From positions 128,001-192,000 of the forward strand of contig CBDBHB010000009.1 of assembly GCA_965205505.1 (NCBI GenBank): DNA of 64,000 nt, given 5' to 3'. The position numbers and the translations under genes are program-made. This DNA comes from Acidobacteriota bacterium (GTDB lineage Bacteria; Acidobacteriota; UBA890; WLXD01). Positions 41,307 to 50,899 of this stretch are shown here, in pieces. The notes beneath the pieces were generated by a model. That model had not been told where the DNA came from, did not search any database, and saw only the letters and a program-made list of their open reading frames with translations. The first letter of the stretch is position 1. Every line of letters begins with the position of its first letter.

Positions 41307-42827
41307 TTAGCTTGTTGGAAACGAACGCTGGTACGCAACCTGGCCAGGGTGCACCACCCTGACTTCGTCCCCGGACTTGCCCTGCCATACAGGTCCCAAC
41401 CGAATGGTTCGATTGCGATAGGTGCCGCCTTGGAACAGGTCCGGCGTCGGATCGTGTGGAACCCATACAGTGGGCTCGCCGCGGACCCGGTCGGCAACTC
41501 GGATCACACCACCGTGTTGGACTCGATACATCGGTGCGTCATCCCACTTGAACCCCTCGCGGGGGTTCTTACCCAGCACGACATAGCGCAACTCGACACG
41601 CTCCGGGCTCACGTCGAAAACGGTATATCCGGCAACGCCCAGGAACTCATCCCCATAAAGCGCAGCCCATCCTGGATTGCCCCACCAATTGGACGACATT
41701 CTCCACGGCCGCCCGCAACAGATGTACTCGATGTCATCGCGCCCACCGTGGGCAAAGATGTGGTCGTGCCCGTTCAGAAAGTACCGGGCGCCGTAGCGCC
41801 GCATCAACCGGTTCAACTGAGCCTGCTCGCCCAGGTGAGCCATGCGTGCTCCCCCGCGACCATACGCACCGGCAGCAGTGGCCGCCGCGTTCCAGGCTCC
41901 CCCTCCCACAAGATGGTGGCAGATGACGAACTTGTGGCGGCTCCGGGACAACCGCAGCACCTTGCCGAGCCAGCTCAGCTGCGCATCACCTAGAGTCCAG
42001 TCCTCGGGAACGCGCGGCACGTTACGGGTGTATCGGAACGGGTCCAGAACCACGAAGGTCGCGTCGCCCCAGCTCCAGGCGTAGTAGTTCTCAAGGGGTG
42101 ACCGATGGCCCGACTCTGACCATCCCTCGTTCTCTCCTCCCTCCGGATAGGTTGTAGGGCCCGGATTCAGCAAGTAACGCTTCCGCGCGTTGGCCCCCCA
42201 GCGCATCAAGTGAGGATGCCGGTAGTAGCGTTCCCCGTCGTGATTGCCCAGAACGAAGAACGCCGGGATCGACCCCAGGATCGGAGCGTACAGTCGGCGC
42301 AACAGCGCGTAGCGCGCGTGCGCTTCGCGCTGGCTGTTGACTGCTGCCAAGCTGTTTCCAGACCCATCGATGCAGCTCTCATCACCCAAGAAGACAACGA
42401 AATCCAGATCCTCAGCCGCAACCAGGTTTGTGCCACGGCGCAGGGGGTCGTACCAGCCGTCCTGATTGTCATCGCGAATCAGGTGCGCATCCGCTAGCAG
42501 CGCGAACCGAAACCGCGAGCCCATCGGCCGCTGGGTTCGGAAACCGGTGACCGCGCCCCTGACCCACCGCGACGAGCCCTCTGCGAGCCGGTCCACTCGA
42601 TACCAGTAGCGCTTCGCTCGGGAGGAAAGATCTAGATGGAATCGAAGGTCGCCGAGCTCGTTGGACACCTGCTTGAACGACAGATCATTCCGGCCCCGGC
42701 CCCAAACAACGCGGGTTTCTCCAGGCGTGCTTACGTATAGCGAAACCTCGGCGCTGTCTCGGGTGACCCGGCCGAGCATCGGTGGAGCCTCAAGTGACAG
42801 CTCCGCTGCATCCTCCCCGACGTGCAC
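41307..42827 (-). CDS. metallophosphoesterase (FN3-like + calcineurin-like domain)
   Basis: DAH, FLGD, GNHD, CHH, GHDH motifs; start uncertain, signal peptide may be frameshifted. Confidence 0.8.
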   Translation of the reverse strand: MHVGEDAAELSLEAPPMLGRVTRDSAEVSLYVSTPGETRVVWGRGRNDLSFKQVSNELGDLRFHLDLSSRAKRYWYRVDRLAEGSSRWVRGAVTGFRTQRPMGSRFRFALLADAHLIRDDNQDGWYDPLRRGTNLVAAEDLDFVVFLGDESCIDGSGNSLAAVNSQREAHARYALLRRLYAPILGSIPAFFVLGNHDGERYYRHPHLMRWGANARKRYLLNPGPTTYPEGGENEGWSESGHRSPLENYYAWSWGDATFVVLDPFRYTRNVPRVPEDWTLGDAQLSWLGKVLRLSRSRHKFVICHHLVGGGAWNAAATAAGAYGRGGARMAHLGEQAQLNRLMRRYGARYFLNGHDHIFAHGGRDDIEYICCGRPWRMSSNWWGNPGWAALYGDEFLGVAGYTVFDVSPERVELRYVVLGKNPREGFKWDDAPMYRVQHGGVIRVADRVRGEPTVWVPHDPTPDLFQGGTYRNRTIRLGPVWQGKSGDEVRVVHPGQVAYQRSFPTS

Positions 42828-43454
42828 CGGCCACCAAGCACCCGGGGGTAGCGCAAGACTCGTTGGCTAGCCCTGCGAGGACATTTCTGCGATTGGCCAC
42901 AGGGCGGTCCTCCCGACGGCAAGAGTCCGGCAAATAGGTGCCGGGCCATGCGTACCACCGATAAGGAAGCAGGCGGTTCCCGCGTATTCCTGAGAGCGAT
43001 TCTCAGTGTTGTATTCAGCGGGAGGCCCGACTCCAGAAGAGGAGCCGTTCCTTATCGGTTTGTACGCACCCGCAAAGTTAGCACAGGAGAGTCGTTTGCG
43101 CGTTTTGGACGTAAAACGCACGAGAGCACATAGCGTGCGCCCATGATGAGTGCTCTCAACCCACGTCGAGGGGGGCTCGCCCAACGTGTGCGCCACACGT
43201 CGATCACGCGGCCATCACAAAGTGACGGGCCGCATGGCAGCAGGGGTCCCCAGGGGTAGGCAGGCGGGGCGATCAGGTTAGAGAGGGCGGACGACGGGCG
43301 GCGCGACAGTCAACCGAGCTGGGGGCGCGCGTGTTTGTGAACCGGATTACGTACACGGGCCGGCGAGCACGCAACCGGCAACGCGAGCGGTGAGATCGTC
43401 AGGCCCGGGAATCAGACGATCAGCAGCACGGATCGCCCGACTAGAGAGTCTCTA

Positions 43455-43534
43455 CCGCTCCGCTGGCTTCAACCCTTGGGCAAAACACCGAGCCACTGAG
43501 ACAGGAACGTGGTATTAACCGTGGGGGCTGGTCA
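43455..43534 (+). mobile_element. diverged IS3 right-end remnant
   Basis: caccgagccactgagacaggaacgtggtattaaccgtgggggctggtca aligns to IS copy end caccgagttactgagataagacgtggtactaaccgtggggtcaggtca. Confidence 0.75.
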
Positions 43535-43575
43535 GTCTTCGTCCAGGCTTGAGCACACAGGGGAGTATTCGAGCG

Positions 43576-44271
43576 ATGTTTTTCTTCGATCCGACGTATC
43601 TGCTGTTCATCCTACCGGGATTGGCTCTGTCGCTCTGGGCAAGCTTCCGCACGAAGTCGGCATTCCGGAAATATTCGAAAGTGCGGTGTGCGCGCCACCT
43701 CACCGGCGCCCAGGCCGCCCGCCTCATGCTCGACCGCGCAGGGCTGCACGACGTGAGCATCGGGCGGTCACACGGCGTACTCTCGGACCATTACAATCCG
43801 GCCACGCGCCGCTTGGCATTGTCGAAGGACGTCCACGATGCCGCCTCGATTGCGGCGATCGGCGTGGCCACGCACGAAGCCGGCCATGCCATACAGCATG
43901 CGGCCCACTACGCCCCCCTCTGGCTGCGGAGCACACTCGTGCCCACGGCCAACATCGGTTCGTCGATCGGCTACGTCGTGATGATGATCGGACTGTTTAT
44001 GGCATCGCAGTCTTTGGTGGCCGTTGGCGCGGTCCTGTTCTCGGCGGTCCTTCTGTTCCAGGTGGTGACTCTTCCCGTGGAGTTCGATGCCACCGCTCGC
44101 GCCAAGAAACTCGTGGTGGAGTACGGGATAATCAGTGAGCACGAGCGGGCGGGCATGGACCGCGTGTTGAACGCCGCCGCGCTCACCTACGTGGCCGCCG
44201 TGGTCAGCACGCTCCTGACCCTGCTCTACTTCTTGATGCGGGCTGGCTTGCTAGGCGGCCGGGACGACTAA
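43576..44271 (+). CDS. neutral zinc metallopeptidase (YugP-like)
   Basis: LSDHYNP, HEAGHAIQH, TLPVEFDA..RA, AAALTYVA. Confidence 0.92.
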   Translation: MFFFDPTYLLFILPGLALSLWASFRTKSAFRKYSKVRCARHLTGAQAARLMLDRAGLHDVSIGRSHGVLSDHYNPATRRLALSKDVHDAASIAAIGVATHEAGHAIQHAAHYAPLWLRSTLVPTANIGSSIGYVVMMIGLFMASQSLVAVGAVLFSAVLLFQVVTLPVEFDATARAKKLVVEYGIISEHERAGMDRVLNAAALTYVAAVVSTLLTLLYFLMRAGLLGGRDD

Positions 44272-44604
44272 CGGTGCTTTCCGAGTAGGTTGTTCACATC
44301 GGGGCCTTCTGAGACCAATGGGGTAACCGGGACCAACCTTGGTGTGCCCATTGCGGTGCTGCCACCGCGGATCTTCCGCGTCGGCGCCAGCGTGAGTTTC
44401 TGAGGCGCACCGTGCTGATCTGAGCTGTCGGGTCCGGGCGGGTGGCGGCGTCCCCGTTCGCCACCGACCTCGACGGCCGGTGACGAGCCGACGACCACGG
44501 GGTTCCTGGTGGGCGGCGGCCCATCGTGTATCGCGGCCTGGCCTCTCGGCTCCTACCTGAGCGAGCCCGCATGCGCGTCGGCGGGGAAGGTGCAGAACTC
44601 GGGA

Positions 44605-44751
44605 CTGTCGGGGCCGATTCCAAGACCCGGTACGAAGAAGCTGCTCCAGGAGAGAAAGCAGATCGAAGAGGAATTCGGTGACAGTCTTACCTGGCACAAC
44701 GCCGAGAACGCTCAAGCGTGCCGAGTGTATGTTCAGAGGGGCACCGTGTGA
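44605..44751 (+). pseudogene. DUF4268-like domain fragment
   Basis: KLLQERKQIEEEFGDSLTW....ACRVY pattern; no start. Confidence 0.45.
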
Positions 44752-44779
44752 TCCGTACTGCCCTGCGGCGGGCCTCCCG

Positions 44780-45020
44780 GCGGAGCGCATCCACCAGGAA
44801 GAGCTGTCGATCCGCGTCAAGCGCCGCTGCAAGTGGAACGAGCCACAGGCGAATGTCGCTGCCGGCTCTAGCGCGCCGAACGAGCGCTGGAGCATGGACT
44901 TCATCACCGACCAACTGCACAGCGGCCGCTAGTTCCCCATGGTGACGGTCGTGGATCACTTGACTCGTGACTGCCCGGTGCTGGAGGCCGGTGTGTCGAT
45001 GAGCGGGCAACTAGTGGCAA
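44780..45020 (+). pseudogene. degraded IS3 transposase core fragment (different element)
   Basis: APNERWSMDFITDQLHSGR*FPMVTVVDHLTRDC with in-frame stop. Confidence 0.75.
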
Positions 45021-45229
45021 CGTGCATAAGCGTCTGTCGGTGCAGCGGCCCGTCACTGAAGGGCTGGCCGGCGAGTGGACACTCGGTGACGGTCAGCTTC
45101 TCGAGTCAGTAGATGGATGCGGCGCGGACTCGGGGCCCTCGGAGCGGCAGCGGGAGTCATTTGCCCGCCAGTTCGACCAGACGCGCTTCCACGCTTCACG
45201 CTCGCACACCGCTTCGAGGCTCATGCCTT

Positions 45230-45311
45230 GCTCGCCGGCCGTCTTCCGATCGTGGCACTCACGGTAGATCGGCTGGACGTTGTCGCGGTCCCAGAAGCGC
45301 TCGGGCGCCAC
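45230..45311 (-). pseudogene. phage-type HNH endonuclease C-terminal remnant
   Basis: FWDRDNVQPIYRECHDRKT resembles FWD..NWQ.LC..CH..KT with the first Cys lost. Confidence 0.55.
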
Positions 45312-45359
45312 TGGTTTCCGGCAACGGCGGCGAGCGCATGTTCCGGACCGTGCCGTCCG

Positions 45360-45560
45360 TGAGGTTGACCAGCTGCACGCTCAAGATGTCTTTGCTCGAC
45401 GCCGTCCTCAAACACGCGGAAGTCCGCTGCAGTGAGCTCGTCAACGAAGTTACTGTCCTCGTCGGTGACGATCGTGTCGACGCGGACGCGTGTCACCGCC
45501 GACCGGAACATGGGCGCCTGAACCGGCGGCAACGCCGCCTGAGCCAGCGTCGTGAATACC
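45360..45560 (-). pseudogene. N-terminal fragment of Acidobacterial VWFA-related protein
   Basis: PMFRSAVTRVRVDTIVTD....VDELTAADFRVFEDGVEQ then frameshift. Confidence 0.65.
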
Positions 45561-45891
45561 GGAACTCCGGTTGCGCCTGTGACGCTGATGCCGCCCGTGA
45601 CCGGTAGTCCCAGGACGGTCATAGCCAGGACAAAACCAGGAGCCGGCCCGATTCAACTGCTTTTCTCACCCAACAACCTCGGCTTGAAACACGGTGTTTC
45701 ACTGGATCGCACCGTCCGGCCATCGCCGCTCTCCATAGCTGCTACGAACTAACCATCCAGCGGCGTGAACGGGTCCGCGCTGAAAAACCTGCCTCCGGTT
45801 CCGGGCTTGGCGGGCACGGCCCCTAGGTCTCGTCCGCCCAGATGTGCTCTGTCCTGTTGCGGCTGCCAGCCGGTGGTCCGTTCGGTCTGGT

Positions 45892-46354
45892 CTAGGGCTG
45901 CGGCGACGAAGACCGGCCTGGAACACGGTGCAGGGCGCCCGGAGGGCTCAGCGTACAGCCAGCGCAGAACCTCGACTTTAGAGAACCCGCACCGGTCAAT
46001 GTGCCCTTCAGCAAGTAGTTGCCGACAGTTTTCAGGGCATTGGCTTTGAAGTGCAGCACTACAAGACTTTCGCCGGGTACCGATACGTTTGGGAAGGATT
46101 GCTTCCACTTCACAGGCCCGGTGAGCTTGAAGGTCAGGTTGCCTGTATGAGTGTCGGAGCCGAGGTTCGCCACAACAAGGGCGTAGTTGTACTTGTAATC
46201 CGGGATTGGCATAACGCCGAAGCACTCGAATCCAGAGTCAAACACTCTGGGCTTAATGAGGGTCGTATAGGGCATGTAGGGCAAGACGTTCTTGACGCCA
46301 CGAAACTGCTGCTTGGCCTCGTCGGAGAGGTTGTAGGCCAGCATATGCAGGCCG
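45892..46354 (-). pseudogene. hypothetical protein, 5' end removed at IS copy 2
   Basis: Open frame begins inside the IS end; beta-rich protein-like composition. Confidence 0.45.
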
Positions 46355-46388
46355 TGACCTGACCCCACGGTTAGTACCACGTCTTATC

Positions 46389-47273
46389 TCAGTAACTCGG
46401 TGCTGACAAGGGGTTGTTGAGGCCGGCGAAGCGGAGCGTAGCCGGCTTCAACAACAGCGCCTCCGGGGCCGGTGGTCGGTAGCCCAACGAGCTGTGCGGT
46501 CGCATGCGGTTGTACTGCTGCCTCCATCTCTCGATCAGAACCTTTGCCTCCTTGAGCGTGTAGAAGATCTCGCCGTTGAGCAGCTCGTCTCGGAGCTTGC
46601 CGTTGAAGCTCTCCACGTAGCCGTTCTCCCACGGCGAGCCCGGCTCGATGAACAGCGTGCCCACACCGAGCCTACCGAGCCAGTCGCGAACCGCCTCGGC
46701 GGTGAACTCCGGTCCGTTATCGGACCGGATGTGCTCAGGTATGCCCCGGTGCACGAACAACCACCCGAGCCGCTCGAGCACGTCCTCACAGTTGAGCTTC
46801 CGTGCCACGTCGATCGCCAGGCTTTCTCGTGTGTACTCATCGACGATCGTCAGCAGCCTCATAGCCCGACCCTCGTGCGTCCGGTGATGGACGAAGTCAT
46901 ACGCCCAGACGTGATCTTTGCGCTGTGGTCGCAGCCGGATGCACGAGCCATCGCTGAGCCACAGCCGGGCTCGTTTGGGCTGCTTTGTCGGTACTTTCAG
47001 CCCCTCACGCCTCCAGATACGCTGCACTCGTTTGTGGTTCACCCACCAGCCCTCCATACGCAACAACGCCGTCACTCGCCGATACCCGTAGCGCCCGTAT
47101 TGTCGGGCTAGATCCACGATCCGCTCCGTCAACATCTGCTCATCGCCCGGTTCTCTTGGCATGTACCTGTGTGTCGTGCGTGGTTGTTTCAGTACCCGGC
47201 ACGCCCGCCTCTCGGAGACGCCCAGCCGCCCCTGTACATGCGCCACCGCCTCGCGCCGTCGAGCTGGGCTCAG
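46389..47273 (-). CDS. IS3 transposase OrfB
   Basis: Same DDE motifs as copy 1. Confidence 0.92.
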   Translation of the reverse strand: MSPARRREAVAHVQGRLGVSERRACRVLKQPRTTHRYMPREPGDEQMLTERIVDLARQYGRYGYRRVTALLRMEGWWVNHKRVQRIWRREGLKVPTKQPKRARLWLSDGSCIRLRPQRKDHVWAYDFVHHRTHEGRAMRLLTIVDEYTRESLAIDVARKLNCEDVLERLGWLFVHRGIPEHIRSDNGPEFTAEAVRDWLGRLGVGTLFIEPGSPWENGYVESFNGKLRDELLNGEIFYTLKEAKVLIERWRQQYNRMRPHSSLGYRPPAPEALLLKPATLRFAGLNNPLSAPSY

Positions 47274-47548
47274 AAGTTTCCCTCCGCGACTTCCTTCAGG
47301 ATCGACAGGTCGAGCTCTTTCTCCGCCACCAGTTTCTTGAGCCGGGCGTTTTCTTTCTCCAGCTGCTTGAGCCTTCTGGCCTGGTTGACCTTCAGCCCCC
47401 CGTACTCCCGCCGCCACCGATAGTAGGTGTGCTCGGTGATCGCTAGCTTGCGGCAGGCATCCTTGACCGTCCCGCCTTGCGCCAGCTCCACTTCAGCCTC
47501 CCGGAGCTTGCGTACGATCTGCTCGGCGCTGTGCCTCTTCGTCGGCAT
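47270..47548 (-). CDS. IS3 transposase OrfA
   Basis: Differs from copy 1 by Q/L at one residue. Confidence 0.92.
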   Translation of the reverse strand: MPTKRHSAEQIVRKLREAEVELAQGGTVKDACRKLAITEHTYYRWRREYGGLKVNQARRLKQLEKENARLKKLVAEKELDLSILKEVAEGNF

Positions 47549-47614
47549 TCTGACCTCCCCTTTTCGACCCAGATCGTGAGATTACCTCTGGATCCGTTTT
47601 GGGGGGTCAGGTCA

Positions 47615-47906
47615 CGTCGGCTACTACTTGCTGACCGGAACGCCGGTGTTCGACGGCCCGCCGCTCGGCGTGCTGATGGATCACGTGAAGACCTCGCCGG
47701 TGCCGCCGTCCGACAGGCTTGAGACCGAGATTCCTGCCGGGCTCGAGCGCGTCATTCTCAGGTGCCTCGAGAAGGATCCGGACGCCCGCCATCTGAGCGC
47801 CGCGGAGCTGGCGGAAGCTCTAGTAGCCTGCTGCCCCGAGCCGCGATGGAACGCCCGTCGAGCGGCCGACTGGTGGAAACTCCATCTGCCACCTGCCGCG
47901 ACCTGA
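47615..47906 (+). pseudogene. Ser/Thr kinase C-lobe fragment cut by IS
   Basis: VGYYLLTGTPVF...IPAGLERVILRCLEKDPDAR. Confidence 0.75.
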
Positions 47907-47980
47907 CGATCAGGGGATCCCCAACATGGTTCTGGTCACCACTCCAGGGCCAGAACTTGCCCCAATCCGAGCGTCGCGCA

Positions 47981-47997
47981 GTTAACTTGACAGTGCC
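47981..47997. mobile_element. solo terminal inverted repeat related to the MITE ends
   Basis: GTTAACTTGACAGTGCC vs MITE GTTAACTTGACAGTACC (16/17). Confidence 0.55.
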
Positions 47998-48138
47998 CCG
48001 TGGCTGGGCAACCCGTGGGCCGCTCCTGTCGGTCCCGCGCCCCACTCGACGCATCGGACCTTCCTCGGCCCGGTCATCATCGCTAGCATGTTGGCGTGCT
48101 AGTGCGTCATCACTGGAGCGTTCCTAACGCGGCTCGCC

Positions 48139-50760
48139 ATGCGCAAACCCCTGATTGTGGTCATCTTGTGGCTGGCTCTTGTAGTCGGTGCAGGTGCACG
48201 CCTCGAAGCTTCGAGTCAGGCCGATGGTGGCTCCGCATCCCGCAAGCGTGAGGCTCAGGTCCACGCTGCGAACAAGACAGGACACCAGACGCCCCGTCGC
48301 CGCGAGATTCCCGTGCGTCTGGTCGGACCGAGCGGGCGAATGACTGTTCCGAGCACGCCCGTAGTCATGAGCGACAGTCGGCGGCGGTCGCCGGTTGCCG
48401 CGTCCGTAAGCTTGCCGAGACGGCACATTCCTGTTCGGATGGTGACGCCAGGCGAGATCAACGCGCCGATTCGCATCGCCAACGCTCCGATCATCGCCCC
48501 TGATAGGGTGCCACCAGCACTGGCCGTCGATCCCGCGTTACCTGCACCGTTCGATGCGAACATCGCCAGCGTCACGCCGAGAATTTCTGCGCCAGCGATC
48601 GGTGCTCGGCGAGCTGGGTCGAACCGGGCACGCGGCGTGACGCCGTCGATGACCGTGTCGCGAGCCGCCGAGGCTCCGATGATGGACGGCGTGGTCGACG
48701 ACGCCAGCTGGGCGCTCGCTGACGTGGCCACGGACTTCTTGCAGCGCGAGCCGCAGCAGGGACAGCCGGCCTCGGAGCGCACCGAGGTGCGGGTCCTCTA
48801 CGACGACGAGAACTTGTACATCGGCGTGATTGCCTATGACAGCAATCCCAGCACGATCCTCGCCAGCGAGCTACGCCGCGACGCCATCGGCGGCAGAGAG
48901 GGTGGCGGTGGCGGCAGCAACAGGGGCTCGGACGACACGTTTAGCGTGGTGCTCGACACCTTCAACGACGGTCGCAGCGCGTTTCTGTTCCGGGTCAACC
49001 CGCTCGGCGCCCGCTACGACGCCACCATCCGCAACGAGAGCGAGGTGAACTCCGACTGGGACGAGGCCTGGGAGGCAGCCGCACAGATCACCTCGCGCGG
49101 CTGGGAGGCCGAGCTCGTGATTCCACTCGGCATTCTCCGGTACTCCACGAGCGCCTCCGACTGGGGCGTCGACTTCGAGCGCCAGATACGCCGCAAGAAC
49201 GAAGAGGTGGCGTGGAGCAACTACCGACGCGACTTCCAGTTCATCGCCGTATCGCAGGCAGGCGACCTACGCGGCTTCGAGAACCTGTCGCTGAAACAAC
49301 GGTTCCGGCTCCGACCCTATTTCCTCGGAACCTCCACATCGCTGTTCGAGGATCCCCGACGCATCAACACCGTCGATCAGGAGCTTGGCATCGACGACCT
49401 CAAGATCCAGCTCACCTCCAACCTCACCGCCGACCTCACGTACAACACCGACTTCGCCCAGGTCGAGCTCGATGACCAGCGCGTCAACCTGACGCGCTTC
49501 TCGCTCTTCTTCCCGGAGAAGCGCGATTTCTTTCTCGAGGGCGCCAACAACTTCAGCTTCGGGCCCCGCGGGGGCGACGGTGGCTCCGAACCCCCGCTGC
49601 TGCGCCTTTACCACTCGCGCAACATTGGGCTCTCGGACTCGGGGGAGCCCATACCGATCGACTACGGCGCCAAGATGACCGGCAAGATCGGCGGAGGCAC
49701 CGTCGGGCTGCTGCACGTCCGCACCGACACCCCGGACCTCATTGGCAGCCAGCAATTCACCGCGTTGCGGTGGCGCCAGGACGTGCTGTCCCGTTCCAGT
49801 GTCGGAGCATTGGTGACCAACGTCGAGCGGCCGAAGGGGGGCACCAACACCGTCGTCGGCGCCGACGCGAGCTTCACGTTCTTCGACAACCTCAACATCG
49901 CCGCGTTCGCCGCCCGCGCCACCGACGACGACCTCGAAGAAGGCAAGTTCGCCGGCCAGTTCCGCGTCGCCTGGCAGAGCGATCTGTGGCGCGCCAGTGT
50001 CGACATCACTCGCATCGACCCCGAATTCAGAGCCGATCTGGGCTTCGTGCTGCGCGAGGACGTCGTGCGCCGCGTCTATCGCGGATCGTGGAATCCGCGG
50101 CCCAGCGGAATCCCGTGGCTTCGATCGGTGAACTTCAGCGCCAACCACACGACGTTCCACGACAGCCACGGCGATCTCGTCAGCCGCGAGGTCTGGGGCG
50201 GCGCCTTCCTCAACACCGAGGCAGGCGACTTCGGCGGGGTGCTCGCTGTGAGCTTCTTCGAGCGCCTCGACCTGCCCTTCGAGATCCATCCCGAGGTAAC
50301 GATCCCGCCGGGGGAGTACCGGTTCAACTACGTGTACAGTCTCTTTCGAAGCTTCGCGGGTCGCTGGTGGAGCATCGGCGGCGACGCCCGCATCGGATCG
50401 TTCTACGACGGGACCATCTTAACGATATCGCCACGGTTGACGTTCCGACCGAGCCCCAACCTGGTTGTCTCGCCCGCCTTCAGCTACAACAAGTTCGACC
50501 TCCCGGCCGGGAGCTTCACCTCCAACGTGCTGAACACCCGCGTCAGCTACAGCTTCTCGGATCGTTGGCTAACCGACGCCCTGATTCAGTACGACAACGT
50601 CTTCGATACGGTGTCGTTGTTCGCCCGCCTGCGCTACATCTACCGCATCGGCGACGATATTTATCTGGTCTACCGCCAGGCCGGCAACTACGACGGCTTC
50701 CGCTTCGGCGGCCACGACCGCTCGCTCACTCTCAAGGTAACGCGCTCCTTCGAATGGTAG
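48139..50760 (+). CDS. CBM9-like + DUF5916 outer-membrane protein
   Basis: DG.VDD..W, ERTEVRVLYD, NTDFAQVE.D, FFPEKRDFFLEG, beta-barrel-like C-terminus. Confidence 0.85.
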   Translation: MRKPLIVVILWLALVVGAGARLEASSQADGGSASRKREAQVHAANKTGHQTPRRREIPVRLVGPSGRMTVPSTPVVMSDSRRRSPVAASVSLPRRHIPVRMVTPGEINAPIRIANAPIIAPDRVPPALAVDPALPAPFDANIASVTPRISAPAIGARRAGSNRARGVTPSMTVSRAAEAPMMDGVVDDASWALADVATDFLQREPQQGQPASERTEVRVLYDDENLYIGVIAYDSNPSTILASELRRDAIGGREGGGGGSNRGSDDTFSVVLDTFNDGRSAFLFRVNPLGARYDATIRNESEVNSDWDEAWEAAAQITSRGWEAELVIPLGILRYSTSASDWGVDFERQIRRKNEEVAWSNYRRDFQFIAVSQAGDLRGFENLSLKQRFRLRPYFLGTSTSLFEDPRRINTVDQELGIDDLKIQLTSNLTADLTYNTDFAQVELDDQRVNLTRFSLFFPEKRDFFLEGANNFSFGPRGGDGGSEPPLLRLYHSRNIGLSDSGEPIPIDYGAKMTGKIGGGTVGLLHVRTDTPDLIGSQQFTALRWRQDVLSRSSVGALVTNVERPKGGTNTVVGADASFTFFDNLNIAAFAARATDDDLEEGKFAGQFRVAWQSDLWRASVDITRIDPEFRADLGFVLREDVVRRVYRGSWNPRPSGIPWLRSVNFSANHTTFHDSHGDLVSREVWGGAFLNTEAGDFGGVLAVSFFERLDLPFEIHPEVTIPPGEYRFNYVYSLFRSFAGRWWSIGGDARIGSFYDGTILTISPRLTFRPSPNLVVSPAFSYNKFDLPAGSFTSNVLNTRVSYSFSDRWLTDALIQYDNVFDTVSLFARLRYIYRIGDDIYLVYRQAGNYDGFRFGGHDRSLTLKVTRSFEW

Positions 50761-50899
50761 GGGCAGCGTCCACGACGGCAGACCGAGGCACATGCCTCGA
50801 TTGCCCCGGGAGCGAGGATTACGCGGTCCTTCGCCCGACCGCGCGACTGGGAATTCGGCGAAAGCCGATTTGATTGAGCCGATGGCACGCGAAGATGCC

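Larger units (their letters stand above)
46355..47614 (-). mobile_element. IS3-family element copy 2 (inverted, no TSD)
   Basis: Near-identical to 38403-39669; same ends; flanks GCCG and CGTC differ. Confidence 0.95.

Noticed and set aside
43337-43427. SRP RNA-like pieces (GTGAACCGG, GTCAGGCCCGG, AGCAGC)
   Set aside because: Spacing is wrong and the GGAA tetraloop helix is not formed; an Infernal/Rfam scan would settle it.
38403-47614. IS pair as a single composite transposon insertion
   Set aside because: Copy 1 has its own CCTT TSD and the outer flanks (CCTT, CGTC) differ.
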